Below are positions 47,975 through 58,304 of a stretch of DNA of 64,000 nt, piece by piece (within the stretch, counting starts at the first letter, position 1; each line of letters starts with the position of its first letter). Source of the DNA: Gemmatimonadota bacterium (lineage in GTDB: Bacteria > Gemmatimonadota > Gemmatimonadetes > Palauibacterales > Palauibacteraceae). Under the pieces are notes generated by a model that was not told the DNA's origin, ran no database searches, and saw only the letters and a program-made list of their open reading frames with translations. The position numbers were made by a program, and so were the translations under genes. The DNA is taken from positions 4,267 to 68,266 of the forward strand of contig JAWWCR010000002.1 of assembly GCA_033720355.1 (NCBI GenBank), written 5' to 3'.

Positions 47975-49552
47975 TCAGCGAGGGATCCGGGCGCTCCGGA
48001 TATCCTGGTCGACGCCGCGCCAGTCGGTGAAGAGGACCACGACCGCGTCGGCTGTCGCGACGAGCCCCATGTAGTCTCCCAACCGGGTGCCCTCCGATGT
48101 AGGCGGTCCCACCGGCGTCAGGTTCGGCGGCGTACCCCCGGTCGTCACGCGCGCGTCCCTCGACCACGTGAGGCCGCCGTCTTCCGAGTACGCGTACGCG
48201 ACGTGGATGTCGCCGCTCCGGGTATCGTACCAGGTGGCGTGGAGCGTCCCGTCGGAAGCCAGGGCCAGGGTCGGTTGCCACCGCAGCCCGTTCGGTCCGT
48301 CGTTCACCGCGACCGGCTCCGACCAGCTCCGACCGCCGTCGTCCGACCGGGCCACGACGAAGTTCGGGCCGTCCGCGATCCAGGCGACGAAGAACGTCCC
48401 GACGCCGTCCGTGATCGCGTGCGGCCCGCCCTGCCGCTGGTAGCCCGGACCGAGGTCGGGGGCGACGTCCAGCACCCGCTCCGGCTCCCACGTGACCCCG
48501 CCATCCATCGAACATGCGGTCATGAGCGCATACGGGTCGCCGAACAGCGGAAAGTCGGAGTTGTCTCCCCAGAACGCGCACGCGATGCCCCCGGGGAGAG
48601 CGGCGATCATCGGCAGGAAGAGCGCTCCCTCCGCCTCGGTCACCCTGACCGGGTCGGTCCACGTCGCCGCGTCATCGAGCGAACGCACCACCACGACGCT
48701 CTCGCGGTCGTCCCCCTCCAGCCCGTAGATGACGTACAGCGTGCCGGCCCCATCCCCGGCGAGGACGGACTTGTCGGGCGCTCCCTCGAACGCCAGGGCG
48801 CTCGATGGGGCCGACCAGGTCGCTCCCCCGTCCTCCGATCGGGCCACCCCGACTGCCCGGCGGCCGGCGTCGTCGTGTTCGAGCCACGAGTAGACGAGCG
48901 ACCCGCGGTCCTCGACGAGCCAGGGATCGCTCCTGATCACCTCGGCGTCGGACAGGTCGGACACGGTGGGCATCGGGGTCGCGACCGACCAGCTCCTGCC
49001 GCCATCGCTCGAGCGTGAGAAGATGACTCGGGCGGGGTTCCCGGGAGGGTTGCCGAACCCCTCCTTCCACCCCGCGTAAAGGACCCCACCGCTTCCCGCG
49101 GCGAGGATCGGCTCCTCGGCCCACGGATGAGAGCTGACCGCCGACGCGAGAATGTTCTCTCCCTCGAGCACGGCTCCCACGGAGACGGCGATGTCGACGC
49201 TCGTCGCTCCTGCACTGACCGTGACCGTGGCCTCGCCGGGGGCGACGGCGGCGAGCCTGCCGTTACGCGGACCGAGACTCGATGCCTCGACCACATGCGG
49301 GTCCGATGACGCCCATTCGAGCGCGACCGACACGACCTCGCTGTCGGTGTCTCGCGCCTCGGCGGGCACCACGACGAAGTCGTCCGGGAAGAGACCCACG
49401 CGTTCATAGCCGGCCTCGATTGAAGCTACGCCCGTCGCGGGTGGACCCGGCGGGGGCGCGGGGGGCGAGCCCCCGGTCGGGGACTCGCCGCCGCATCCGG
49501 CGACCAGAAGCGCGATAGGCAAGGCGATAGCTCGAGACGGCTTCCTGCTCAT
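47975..49552 (-). CDS. BNR/Asp-box repeat (sialidase-like) lipoprotein
   Basis: ATG 49552 with GGGAGG upstream. Lipobox LLVAGCGGES. Asp-boxes SSDGGRSW, SEDGGATW, SMDGGVTW, SDDGGRSW, SEDGGLTW. Confidence 0.8.
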   Translation of the reverse strand: MSRKPSRAIALPIALLVAGCGGESPTGGSPPAPPPGPPATGVASIEAGYERVGLFPDDFVVVPAEARDTDSEVVSVALEWASSDPHVVEASSLGPRNGRLAAVAPGEATVTVSAGATSVDIAVSVGAVLEGENILASAVSSHPWAEEPILAAGSGGVLYAGWKEGFGNPPGNPARVIFSRSSDGGRSWSVATPMPTVSDLSDAEVIRSDPWLVEDRGSLVYSWLEHDDAGRRAVGVARSEDGGATWSAPSSALAFEGAPDKSVLAGDGAGTLYVIYGLEGDDRESVVVVRSLDDAATWTDPVRVTEAEGALFLPMIAALPGGIACAFWGDNSDFPLFGDPYALMTACSMDGGVTWEPERVLDVAPDLGPGYQRQGGPHAITDGVGTFFVAWIADGPNFVVARSDDGGRSWSEPVAVNDGPNGLRWQPTLALASDGTLHATWYDTRSGDIHVAYAYSEDGGLTWSRDARVTTGGTPPNLTPVGPPTSEGTRLGDYMGLVATADAVVVLFTDWRGVDQDIRSARIPR

Positions 49553-49605
49553 GGGGGCCTCCCTCTGCGCGCCGCGTTCGGGGCTCGTCGGCCAGGCACC
49601 CTGCC

Positions 49606-50307
49606 TCAGGGGCGCTCGACCGTGATGCTGAACGGGACGTCGACCAGCTGGTAGCTCCAGCTGTTCTTGCTGCCCTTGACGCAGAGGAGGGCCTCCCCCT
49701 GGCCGGTGGTCTCGATCGTGTACGTGTCGGGGTCGCCGCTGTTGTCCGCGTCCGGACCAGCGGTCAGGGTCAGCGCCCCCCGGGGCGGCCCCCCGTTGGC
49801 ATTGCCTTTCGCGGGACACGATGCCCCGTACCGCAGGTTTTGACCGACGTCGCCGTGCGGCCACCAGAAGCTCCCGCGATCCGTGGAGCTCCCGAGGGGC
49901 GCGAGCCCGGCGAACGTGCCTTCCTGCGTCGCGAACCCGATCTCGACGCAGTCATCGATCGGCGGGTCCGCAGCCGGAATGCTGACCTGAACGCACAGAG
50001 CCTCGTTGCCGTCGAAGCCGCCCGGACCCGTGATGAGCCGGAAGTTGTCCCCGTTGCCCACGTTGATCTCGGCAGCGTAGGAATCCACGCCGGGGCCATC
50101 GGTAATCGCGCCACCGCCATCGAAGTTCGCGGTCAGCGCGATCGGTGTGGGGTCGTTCCCGCCACCGCCGTTGCCATTGCCGTTGCCACCCTTTGCAAGC
50201 TCGACGTCGGGCCCGAGCGGATTGTCGGCCCCCTCGTCGAGCTCGGCGCAACCGGTAAGGAGGATGATCCCGATAGATAGAAACGCGATCGAGGTGCGAC
50301 GAGACAT
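49606..50307 (-). CDS. lipoprotein with Gly/Asn-rich linker (233 aa)
   Basis: ATG 50307 with AAGGAGG upstream. Lipobox ILLTGCAELD. Low-complexity GGNGNGNGGGGND. Four Cys. Confidence 0.6.
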   Translation of the reverse strand: MSRRTSIAFLSIGIILLTGCAELDEGADNPLGPDVELAKGGNGNGNGGGGNDPTPIALTANFDGGGAITDGPGVDSYAAEINVGNGDNFRLITGPGGFDGNEALCVQVSIPAADPPIDDCVEIGFATQEGTFAGLAPLGSSTDRGSFWWPHGDVGQNLRYGASCPAKGNANGGPPRGALTLTAGPDADNSGDPDTYTIETTGQGEALLCVKGSKNSWSYQLVDVPFSITVERP

Positions 50308-50523
50308 CGGTGCCTCCTTGTGGGGTCTGTCCCGTCCGCCCCCGTGGCGGAGTGGGACGCGACACCCATCGAGGCAACCCCGGTGCCGCCATTGGCTCGT
50401 GGGATAAGGTGTTCTAGTTATTGATGTTACGGTGTCATGCAATGGGCAGGCGAAGGCGCGCGTGTCACGCCTTGATACGCGCCGGCGTGGACGGGCGTTA
50501 CACGGAGGAAGAGGGGCTCCGGG

Positions 50524-51912
50524 TTACGGATCCCGGTCGAGACAGCCGTCGAACAGCGGGTTGTTCCGCTCGTTCCGGGGCACGGGCAGGTTCACGTCGG
50601 TGCCGAACGCGCCGAGTTCCGGCCGCGTGTAGGGGCCCGTGGGGAACACGCTCTCCGGGTCGCGTCCGTAGTCGCGCGCCAGGCGGCGGAGGTCGCCGAG
50701 GCGGTGACCGGTCAGCCACAGCCACAGCGCCCGTTCGCGAAAGTGGAAATCGATCCGCTCGTCGGGCGACAGACCACCGGTGTCCACGGGAGGGAGTCCC
50801 GAGCCCGCTTCCAGGCGCAACGCGGTGTGGATCTGGTCGAACGCGGTAACATCGCCCGACCTGAGCGCCGCTTCCGCCTCGATGAGCCGCGCCTCTACCC
50901 CGCTCGCGAGCGGGACCGGATCCGAGTCCGAGAGATAAAGGAGCTGTCTGTAATGGGGATTCGAATCGTCGTCGCGCGCTCCCTCGGCCCACGGCGTGCG
51001 CGGGTCGCCCTGCTCGTACGACGTGAGGTAGTCGACTCCGTTCTCGCCTTCCCGATCGACCGCCGAGAAGTTCTCCAGCACCGCGTTGAGGAAGTACACG
51101 GCGTTTCTCTGGCGAGTCGTGTTCGATGAGTACCGCATCTCGAAGCGGAAGTCCGTGGAGACGGACCGGGCGGCAACGGCGGCCTCGTCCACCCGATCGA
51201 GCCCGAGCAGCGCCCGGGCGAGCCCGACGCTCGACGCAGCCTCCACCGATGTCGCACCCGCGACCGTCGCGTGCGACCGGGCTTCATCGAAGCGCTGCAC
51301 GGCGAGCTCGAACAGCTCGCCTCCCGTGAGCGGAGGGCCGTACGTGATCGCGCCGTCCTCGGCCACATCGCTGACGGGCACTCCTGAGCAGAACGCCTCG
51401 CCGAAGAACACGTAGGTATATCCGGCGAGGAGGAGGAGCTCGGCGGCCACGCGATCGGGCTCCTCTTCCGGAGCCGCGTCCTCGAGAAAGAGCGCCGCCG
51501 CGCCTTCCGTGGACCGACGGGCCCTGTGAAGCTCGCGGAACACCCTGTCGGCCACCCCGTTGTCTTCCGTGACGCGCCGCTGGTCCACGTCCGAATGCGC
51601 CTGGGAGCCCCCGGTCCGCTTGAGCTCGTCGGAGAGCAAGCCGGTCGCGAGAACGAAGTTGTCGAACGGGCCGCCGAAGATGGTCGCAAAGTCGCCGATA
51701 GCGCCGAGTCTCAGGGCCTCGCGGCCATCGCGAGTCTCCAGATCGCCGGGGTCGACGAAGTCGAGCTGATCGACGGCGAGCGGGTCGCCGCAGCCGAGTA
51801 CGGCGAGTGCGGCGACCACGAGCGCACGGACCCGCGTCCATCTACGACGGCCCACGGACGCGGACGAGAGGTGGCCCACCCGCCCCAGAGGTCGGATCAC
51901 GTCGGCGCCCAT
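50524..51912 (-). CDS. SusD/RagB-like outer-membrane lipoprotein
   Basis: ATG 51912 overlaps the TonB-receptor TGA (ATGA). Lipobox AALAVLGCGD. Helical TPR-like content (LLAGYTYVFFGEAFCSGVP). Position immediately downstream of a SusC-like receptor. Confidence 0.7.
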   Translation of the reverse strand: MGADVIRPLGRVGHLSSASVGRRRWTRVRALVVAALAVLGCGDPLAVDQLDFVDPGDLETRDGREALRLGAIGDFATIFGGPFDNFVLATGLLSDELKRTGGSQAHSDVDQRRVTEDNGVADRVFRELHRARRSTEGAAALFLEDAAPEEEPDRVAAELLLLAGYTYVFFGEAFCSGVPVSDVAEDGAITYGPPLTGGELFELAVQRFDEARSHATVAGATSVEAASSVGLARALLGLDRVDEAAVAARSVSTDFRFEMRYSSNTTRQRNAVYFLNAVLENFSAVDREGENGVDYLTSYEQGDPRTPWAEGARDDDSNPHYRQLLYLSDSDPVPLASGVEARLIEAEAALRSGDVTAFDQIHTALRLEAGSGLPPVDTGGLSPDERIDFHFRERALWLWLTGHRLGDLRRLARDYGRDPESVFPTGPYTRPELGAFGTDVNLPVPRNERNNPLFDGCLDRDP

Positions 51913-54878
51913 CAGAAGGTCAGGCTCAGCCGCGCGGCCCAATAGCGGACCGGGGGCTGGGTGCTGAAGTCGACGGTGAACAGCTCGTCGCCAGTGACGA
52001 GAGACACCTCGGGGTCGAGACCGGGGTACGACGTCCACAGGCCGAGGTTCCGCCCGGAAAGGGTGAGCGCTGCGCGCTCGAAGCCGAGAGCCCGCAGCCA
52101 CGACGGCGGGGCCTCCAGCGTCACCGCGAGCTCCCGCCACCGTACGAACGACGCGGTCTCGATGAACCCGGCGGCCGTGCCGCCGTGGATGGCCGCCACG
52201 CAGGCCGCCTGGTCCTCGAGCGGCGCGGCCCGGTCGTGGACACGCCGCGAGCGCCCTCCCCTGCACCGCAACCACTCCGTCCCGTTCCACAGGCTGTGCC
52301 CCGCGCGAGCCTCGAACGACGCACGCACATACACCCGGTCGCCGAACGACAGGACCGGCCTCGCCACGCCCTGCACTGGTGGCAGGGCCTCGTCGATGAA
52401 CACCGCCGTGTCGCCGACTGCCACCTCTTCGGGCGAGATGATGCCGTCTCCGTTCGCGTCGCCGAACGACTCGATCGGCAGCTCCCAGTACGCCCCGAGC
52501 GGATACCCGGGGACATGTCGCTGCGCGTCGTTCACGAACGGCGCGATGTCCTTGCCGAGCGTTACGAGCTCGCCGTCCAGGAGCGCCCCCGAGAGCATGA
52601 GGTCGAAACGGGTGGACCCCCACTCCGCGACGCGCGCGTTCACGACGCCCTCCAGCCCCCGCGTGACCGTTTCTCCGATGTTCTCCCACCGGTTGAACCC
52701 GATCCCGAGCGATGGAGCGATCGGCACCGATACGAGGGCGTCCGTCGTCCGCTGGTGGAACAGCGTGAGGGAAAGCGCGAGCCGCCCGCCGAACAGCTCG
52801 GCATCCGCGCCTCCCTCGATCTCCGTGGTACGCTCCGGTTTGACATCGGGGTTTCCGACACGCCCGAAGTAGATCCCGGATTCGTTCTCGCCATCGAGAT
52901 CGGTCACCGGCAGCGGGAAGAGGAGGGTGAGCGCCTCCGACCCGTTCGGCTGGGTCCCCGCGACTCCCCAGGCCGCACGGAGCCGCAGGGAGTTGAGCGG
53001 TCCGCGGGCGGAGAACCACGGCTCATCCGACGCGACCCACGACACTCCCGCCTTCGGGTAGACGACGAAATCGAAGGACTCGCCGAAGGCGCTGTTGTCG
53101 TCGGCTCGCAGCCCGACCGTCAGGTAGAGGCGCTCGCGCCACGCGAGCTGCTGCTCGACGAAGGTGCCGAGCGTCCGTGACTCGTCGTAGCTGTCGAACG
53201 CCAGCGTCTCCGCGGAGGCGTCGACCGAGATGCTGCCCGGGGAGAGCTCGACCCCTTCCGCGTGGACCGAGCTGCCGTGATCGCGAAAGTACTGGACGCC
53301 GAGCGACGTCCGCGCCGCCAGGTCGGGTCGGAGGTCCCACCATGCCTGGGCCAGTCCATCCACCGTGTAGACGTGGCGCTCATGACGATCGGCGTCCCGA
53401 AACCCGAGCTCGAGCTGCGGGTCATCGACCTCGCCGCGCGGGACGAACTGATCATCGGTGCGGTGCGTCGCGTCGAGACCCGCCGTCGCCCGCACGTCCA
53501 GCCACGGCTTGGGCGACCAGCCGAGCGCCAGGCTCCCCGTGAAGCGCTCGATACCCTGCTCGGTCCGGATCGCGTCGAAGTAGTCGGGGTCGGAGCGCCA
53601 ACCGTCCGGCTCGGCCGTGCCGAACAGGCCCTCCGCGATGACCCCGTACGACCCCTGGCCGTTTTGCGGCAGCTCGAGATCGCTGCTCGCGTAACCCGCG
53701 TTCATCTGTATGTCGACCCGTTCGGTCACATCGAATCCGACGTTCGCGCGGACGCTGACCCGTTCGAACCCGTTGTTCTCGTATAGCCCCCGTTCGCGCT
53801 CCCACTCCCCCGAAAGGAAGTAGCGCGAGCCGGCACCCCCGGCCGCGACGTTCGCGCCGACCTGGAACCGGTTGCCGACGAGGAAGGGATTCGTACTCGG
53901 GTCCTCGAGAGGGTTGAAGCTTCGGAGCTCGGCCTGCGCGCAATCGCCCGCGGACGCCGCGACGAGCGGGCAGGCGACACCCGCGTCGTCGACCGCCTCG
54001 AAGTTGGCCGGGTAGTCGGTCCGGTCGGAGATCGTTCCTCCCTCGGCCCACGACCGCACGCGTGCAGGTCCGTCGGCCGTTCCCGACAAGGTCCGTATGA
54101 CGATGACTCCGTTCGCCGCGTCCGTCCCGTACATCGCGGCGGCCGACGGACCCGTCACGACGTCGATGGAGGCGATCTCCTCGGGGTTCAGGTCGTTGAG
54201 CCGGGAAGGCGTCTCCCCACCGACGTAGTTGCTCATCGACGCGGGATCGGCATTCACCCGCACCCCATCGAGGTAGACGAGCGGCTCGTTCGACAGCGAC
54301 ACGCTCGAGGCGCCGCGCACACGGATCGATGCCCCCGTGCCGGTCGTGCCGCCGGAGGCTTGGACGAGGAGACCGGGCACCCGGCCCGTGAGCAGCTCGA
54401 TCAGATCGGGCACGGTCTGGCCATCCACGATCGAGTCGGCGGGGATCGTGGCGATGTTGTGCCCGAGCGCCCGCCTCTGCCGCTCGCCCGCGACCGTGAC
54501 GACGACGTCCTCGAGACCCAGTACCGAGATCGCCAGACGAAACTCGATCTCCACGGCGGCGCCCGCAGTCAGCTCGAGCTCGCGGCTTTGCGCCACGTAC
54601 CCGATCCGGCGGGCGACCACCGTCACCTGACCGGCGGCGGCGGACAGGGTGAATCGACCGTCCGCGTCCGTGAGCGTGACGACTCCGGTCCCGGCGATCG
54701 CCACCGTGACTTCCGGGATCGGCTCCCCCGCGTCGACCGACAGGACCCGGCCGGTCACCGAGGCTTGCTGACCGCTCGCGCCGGGTGGGAAGGCGGCAAT
54801 CCCGAGGACCGCGAGCACCAGCGCAAGTGCTCGCTCGGTCCCCGGGATCCGCGGGTCGATCCCGGGCTCGCCTCTCAT
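51912..54878 (-). CDS. SusC/RagA-like TonB-dependent outer-membrane receptor (988 aa)
   Basis: Signal peptide. N-terminal carboxypeptidase-regulatory-like domain VTGRVLSVDAGEPIPEVTVAIAGTGVVTLTDADGRFTL. Plug and 22-strand barrel. C-terminal ...RLSLTF. ATG 54878 overlaps the regulator TGA (ATGA). Confidence 0.9.
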   Translation of the reverse strand: MRGEPGIDPRIPGTERALALVLAVLGIAAFPPGASGQQASVTGRVLSVDAGEPIPEVTVAIAGTGVVTLTDADGRFTLSAAAGQVTVVARRIGYVAQSRELELTAGAAVEIEFRLAISVLGLEDVVVTVAGERQRRALGHNIATIPADSIVDGQTVPDLIELLTGRVPGLLVQASGGTTGTGASIRVRGASSVSLSNEPLVYLDGVRVNADPASMSNYVGGETPSRLNDLNPEEIASIDVVTGPSAAAMYGTDAANGVIVIRTLSGTADGPARVRSWAEGGTISDRTDYPANFEAVDDAGVACPLVAASAGDCAQAELRSFNPLEDPSTNPFLVGNRFQVGANVAAGGAGSRYFLSGEWERERGLYENNGFERVSVRANVGFDVTERVDIQMNAGYASSDLELPQNGQGSYGVIAEGLFGTAEPDGWRSDPDYFDAIRTEQGIERFTGSLALGWSPKPWLDVRATAGLDATHRTDDQFVPRGEVDDPQLELGFRDADRHERHVYTVDGLAQAWWDLRPDLAARTSLGVQYFRDHGSSVHAEGVELSPGSISVDASAETLAFDSYDESRTLGTFVEQQLAWRERLYLTVGLRADDNSAFGESFDFVVYPKAGVSWVASDEPWFSARGPLNSLRLRAAWGVAGTQPNGSEALTLLFPLPVTDLDGENESGIYFGRVGNPDVKPERTTEIEGGADAELFGGRLALSLTLFHQRTTDALVSVPIAPSLGIGFNRWENIGETVTRGLEGVVNARVAEWGSTRFDLMLSGALLDGELVTLGKDIAPFVNDAQRHVPGYPLGAYWELPIESFGDANGDGIISPEEVAVGDTAVFIDEALPPVQGVARPVLSFGDRVYVRASFEARAGHSLWNGTEWLRCRGGRSRRVHDRAAPLEDQAACVAAIHGGTAAGFIETASFVRWRELAVTLEAPPSWLRALGFERAALTLSGRNLGLWTSYPGLDPEVSLVTGDELFTVDFSTQPPVRYWAARLSLTF

Positions 54879-56227
54879 TCGGCCAGGTCCTTGCGCTCTT
54901 CCAGCCCGTACTTCTCCAGCAGACGGTACAGACGCGGTCTCGAGATTCCGAGGATCCTCGCCGCCCGCTTCTTCTCCCCTCCCGTCGCGGCCAGCACGCG
55001 TCTCACGTGCCGTTCCTCCAGCACTTCGAGCGATGGGAGATCGTCCGCCGGCACCGGCGCCGAGCCGTCGATCGCCAGGTGGCGGGTCTTGATCACACCA
55101 CCGCGGGTCAGGACCACCGCGCGCACGAGGCAGTTGTCGAGCTCGCGGACGTTGCCCGGCCAGTCGTGCGCCGAGAGCGCACCGATCGCCTCCGCGTGCA
55201 GCACCGGCTCCGGAGCATGCAGCTTCTCGGCGGCCCGACGAACGAGATGCTCCGCGAGAAGGGGGATGTCGCCGCGGCGTTCGCGCAGCGGCGGGACGGC
55301 CACCTCCACGACGCGGAGGCGGTAGTAGAGATCCTCACGGAACGATCCGGCGCGGACCTGGCTCTCGAGCTCCCGGTGCGTGGCCGCGATCACGCGAGCG
55401 TCGGTAGTCTCCGCGTGTTCCGCACCGACCGGATAGAACTCGCCCTCTTCGAGCACCCGCAGGAGCTTCGCCTGGAACTCGGGCGTCGTGTCGCCGATCT
55501 CGTCGAGGAAGATCGTCCCGCTTCCGGCGAGCGCGAAGCGCCCGCGCCGGCTCGACACCGCCCCCGTGAACGACCCCTTGACGTGCCCGAACAGCTCGGA
55601 TTCGAGCAGCGTTTCGGCGAGGGCGGTGCAGTTGACCGCGACGAACGGCTGGCCATAGTCGGGCGAGTTGAAGTGGATCGCCCGGGCCACGAGCTCCTTT
55701 CCGGTTCCCGTCTCGCCCCGGATCAGCACGTTCACCCGCTGATCGGCGAGCTGGCCGATCAGCTTGTAGATCTCGATCATCCGCGGATCGCGACCCACCA
55801 GCGCGTCCAGACGGTATTCCGAGGCCTCCCGGTCGCGTTCTCGAGCCTCGCGCTCACGCAGCGTCTGGGCCTCGAACAGGCGGTCGAGCACATCGAGGAT
55901 CTCGTCGAGATCGAGCGGCTTGACGAGGAAGTCGGCCGCTCCGCCACGCATGGCCCGAACGACGGTCGGCATGTCCTCGTATGCGGTCATGAGGACGACG
56001 TCTACGCCGGGAAGCCTCTCACGAACCAGCTCGAGGAGGCCGAGACCATCCATCCCCGGCATCTTCAGGTCCGACAGGATGACCTCCGGCTCGAACGGAG
56101 CGAGGAGCTCGATCGCCTCCTCGGCGCTCCGCGCCGTGCGGACGGTGGCGCTTCCCCCGTCGAGGGCGTCCGCCAGTGACTCGAGGATCGCCGGGTCATC
56201 GTCGACGATGAGGAGTCGTCGCGTCAT
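54875..56227 (-). CDS. sigma-54-dependent (NtrC-family) response regulator: REC + AAA+ + Fis-type HTH
   Basis: REC LLIVDDDPAILESL...DLKMPGMDG. AAA+ GETGTGKELVARAIH, GAFTGA-like ESELFGHVKGSFTGA, GSFREDLYYRL. C-terminal HTH ...AARILGISRPRLYRLLEKYG. ATG 56227 overlaps the upstream TGA. Confidence 0.9.
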   Translation of the reverse strand: MTRRLLIVDDDPAILESLADALDGGSATVRTARSAEEAIELLAPFEPEVILSDLKMPGMDGLGLLELVRERLPGVDVVLMTAYEDMPTVVRAMRGGAADFLVKPLDLDEILDVLDRLFEAQTLREREARERDREASEYRLDALVGRDPRMIEIYKLIGQLADQRVNVLIRGETGTGKELVARAIHFNSPDYGQPFVAVNCTALAETLLESELFGHVKGSFTGAVSSRRGRFALAGSGTIFLDEIGDTTPEFQAKLLRVLEEGEFYPVGAEHAETTDARVIAATHRELESQVRAGSFREDLYYRLRVVEVAVPPLRERRGDIPLLAEHLVRRAAEKLHAPEPVLHAEAIGALSAHDWPGNVRELDNCLVRAVVLTRGGVIKTRHLAIDGSAPVPADDLPSLEVLEERHVRRVLAATGGEKKRAARILGISRPRLYRLLEKYGLEERKDLAE

Positions 56228-58134
56228 CTCGACCGTCCTGCGTCCACCGCGTGAAGCTCCAGGGCGGGCCCGAAGTCGAGCTCCCACAGGATGGACTCGG
56301 CCGGCGCGGCGTGGGAGAAGGCGACCCGGGATCCGTCGGGCGAAAGCTGTAGCACGGTCGTCTGCGGAGGCGGGCGACGAAGCGAATGAAGTCGAGGGGT
56401 GCCCCCATCGATCGGGGCGATGTAGACACCGCGGTTCCCGACCGATGGATCGGGGCTGCCCACGATGACGAGGTGGCGACCATCGGGGTGCCACCGCAGA
56501 TCGCCGAACGATCGAACGCCCGGGATCTCGAGGTTGCGCGGCTGACCGCCATCGATCGGCACGAGCACGAGACGCCGCTCCCAGTAGTCGGCATGCTGTC
56601 GATAGGTCGAGATCGCGATCAGCCGGCCATCGGGGGACAGGTCGAACGTGTTGTTCAGGAGCTCGGCGGGGCCGGCCGTGAACACGTCGCGCGTCTCTCC
56701 GCGATCGAGCGGGGTCGCGACGAGTCGCGGCCCCACCCAGGTGAGGACCAGACCGTCGCCGACGAGCCGGGTCACGCGAGGCGGACCGAGATCCGCTCCG
56801 AGCGGACGCACCGGCACGTCCTCCCCATCGAGCGAGACCCGGCGCACGACCCGCACCGTGTCGCCTTCGGTGCGCGCGATGTAGTCGATCGAACGTCCGT
56901 CGTCGCGCCAGCGGAAGTCGTCGATCCACCGGTCGCCGGTCAGGCGGAGGGGAGCCCCTCCCTCGGCCGAGATCACACCCAGTTCTCGCCCCTCGTCGAG
57001 CAGATAGGCCAACCGGCGCCCATCCGGGGACCACTCGACCCTGCGAATCCCCACGTCCACCGGGATCGAGACGCGGCGCGGGGCGTCGTCCATCTCCATC
57101 ATCACCGCTCGTTCGCCATCCCTCGCGATCCATGCGAGCCGGTCTCCGGTCGGGCTCCAGCGAGCGGCGGTACCAGCGTCGGGCCCATCGCCCTCGAGCA
57201 CCTCGACCGTCCCCGTGCGTAGATCGAGCGTCTCCACCGCGTGCTCGTCGACCCAGGTGATCGCGAACATCCGGCGGCCGTCGCGGCGCCATCGTGGACT
57301 GTCCGCGGCGAACGGAAGGGGCGCGTGGAGCAGATCGGGACCGGAGATCTCGCCGACGCGGATCTCGCGAGGTCCGCCGAATGCGTTCCGCTCCGCCTGA
57401 TAGGCCAGCACACGTCCGTCCGACGTGAAGCCGAAGAAATCGTGGATGTCCCGCCGCTTCTCGGGGGGAGCCCCGTCGAGCGGCGCCCGCACCAGCTCTC
57501 TCGGGAGCCGCCCGTCGATCGCGGCGTATCGGTAGTAGACCGATCGTCCGTCCGGCGCCCAGAAGATCTGGTGGGCCCAACCGGTGGCTCGCACCAGCAC
57601 GCGCTCGCGGCCCCCCGTCGCCGGGACGAGTATGATCCTCGGTGCGACCGTGTCGGTGGGCGGCATCGCGGTGAACGCCAGCGTCGTCCCGTCCGGCGAC
57701 CAGCTCGCCCCGCGTCCCATATGGAGCGACACCCGACGCGCCGGGGCGCGCGGTCTGGCCGTCCCGGGGTCGACGGGGATCGTCCAGATGTGCAGCCCAC
57801 TCCCGTCGATCGCCGGACCGGTATACGCGACCCGATCCCCGCCGGGGGACCACACACCCTCGACCCCGGCCACCCCGAGCGAGTGAGTGCCGCCGGTTCG
57901 CGAGTCGTAGATGCGCAGCTCGCCCGGATAACCGACCTCGGGGTCCCGCACCGAGTAGAGGAGAAACCGGCCATCGGGGGATTCCTCGCCCAGCCCGTTC
58001 ACGAACTGGCCCGCGAGCGACGCGGTCTGGCGGATGTGGGGCGTCGCCCTCCGAACCTGGGCGAACAGGCCGTCGGAGGTGGCGGTCAGCAACAGCAGAC
58101 CGAAGGCGACGCCGGGGGCCAACCTGTCGGTCAT
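56224..58134 (-). CDS. secreted PD40/TolB-like beta-propeller repeat protein (636 aa)
   Basis: ATG 58134 with GGGAGGAG upstream. Signal peptide MTDRLAPGVAFGLLLLTATSDGLFAQ. Repeated W[SA]PDG[RT]...AF[ST] PD40 motifs. Confidence 0.8.
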   Translation of the reverse strand: MTDRLAPGVAFGLLLLTATSDGLFAQVRRATPHIRQTASLAGQFVNGLGEESPDGRFLLYSVRDPEVGYPGELRIYDSRTGGTHSLGVAGVEGVWSPGGDRVAYTGPAIDGSGLHIWTIPVDPGTARPRAPARRVSLHMGRGASWSPDGTTLAFTAMPPTDTVAPRIILVPATGGRERVLVRATGWAHQIFWAPDGRSVYYRYAAIDGRLPRELVRAPLDGAPPEKRRDIHDFFGFTSDGRVLAYQAERNAFGGPREIRVGEISGPDLLHAPLPFAADSPRWRRDGRRMFAITWVDEHAVETLDLRTGTVEVLEGDGPDAGTAARWSPTGDRLAWIARDGERAVMMEMDDAPRRVSIPVDVGIRRVEWSPDGRRLAYLLDEGRELGVISAEGGAPLRLTGDRWIDDFRWRDDGRSIDYIARTEGDTVRVVRRVSLDGEDVPVRPLGADLGPPRVTRLVGDGLVLTWVGPRLVATPLDRGETRDVFTAGPAELLNNTFDLSPDGRLIAISTYRQHADYWERRLVLVPIDGGQPRNLEIPGVRSFGDLRWHPDGRHLVIVGSPDPSVGNRGVYIAPIDGGTPRLHSLRRPPPQTTVLQLSPDGSRVAFSHAAPAESILWELDFGPALELHAVDAGRSR

Positions 58135-58304
58135 GGGCGGCTCCTCCCGTCCAGGCCACAAGATTTCGGGCCGGAAGCCCGACGCGGTTGCGGCCGTGTT
58201 ACGATTCGTTGCACGCGTGTCGGACGGCGCGTGACACGAACTCGCCGCTGCGGCCCGGCGCGCCGTCGATCCCGATGCCCCGCCGTGTACCGCTCTATCC
58301 CGGC

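Noticed and set aside
58135-58304. Looked for a canonical sigma-54 promoter (TGGCAC-N5-TTGCW) upstream of the PD40-regulator-SusC operon
   Set aside because: No convincing match by eye on the minus strand. Only the CACGCG-N10-CGCGTG inverted repeat was noted. A PWM scan is needed before calling a promoter.
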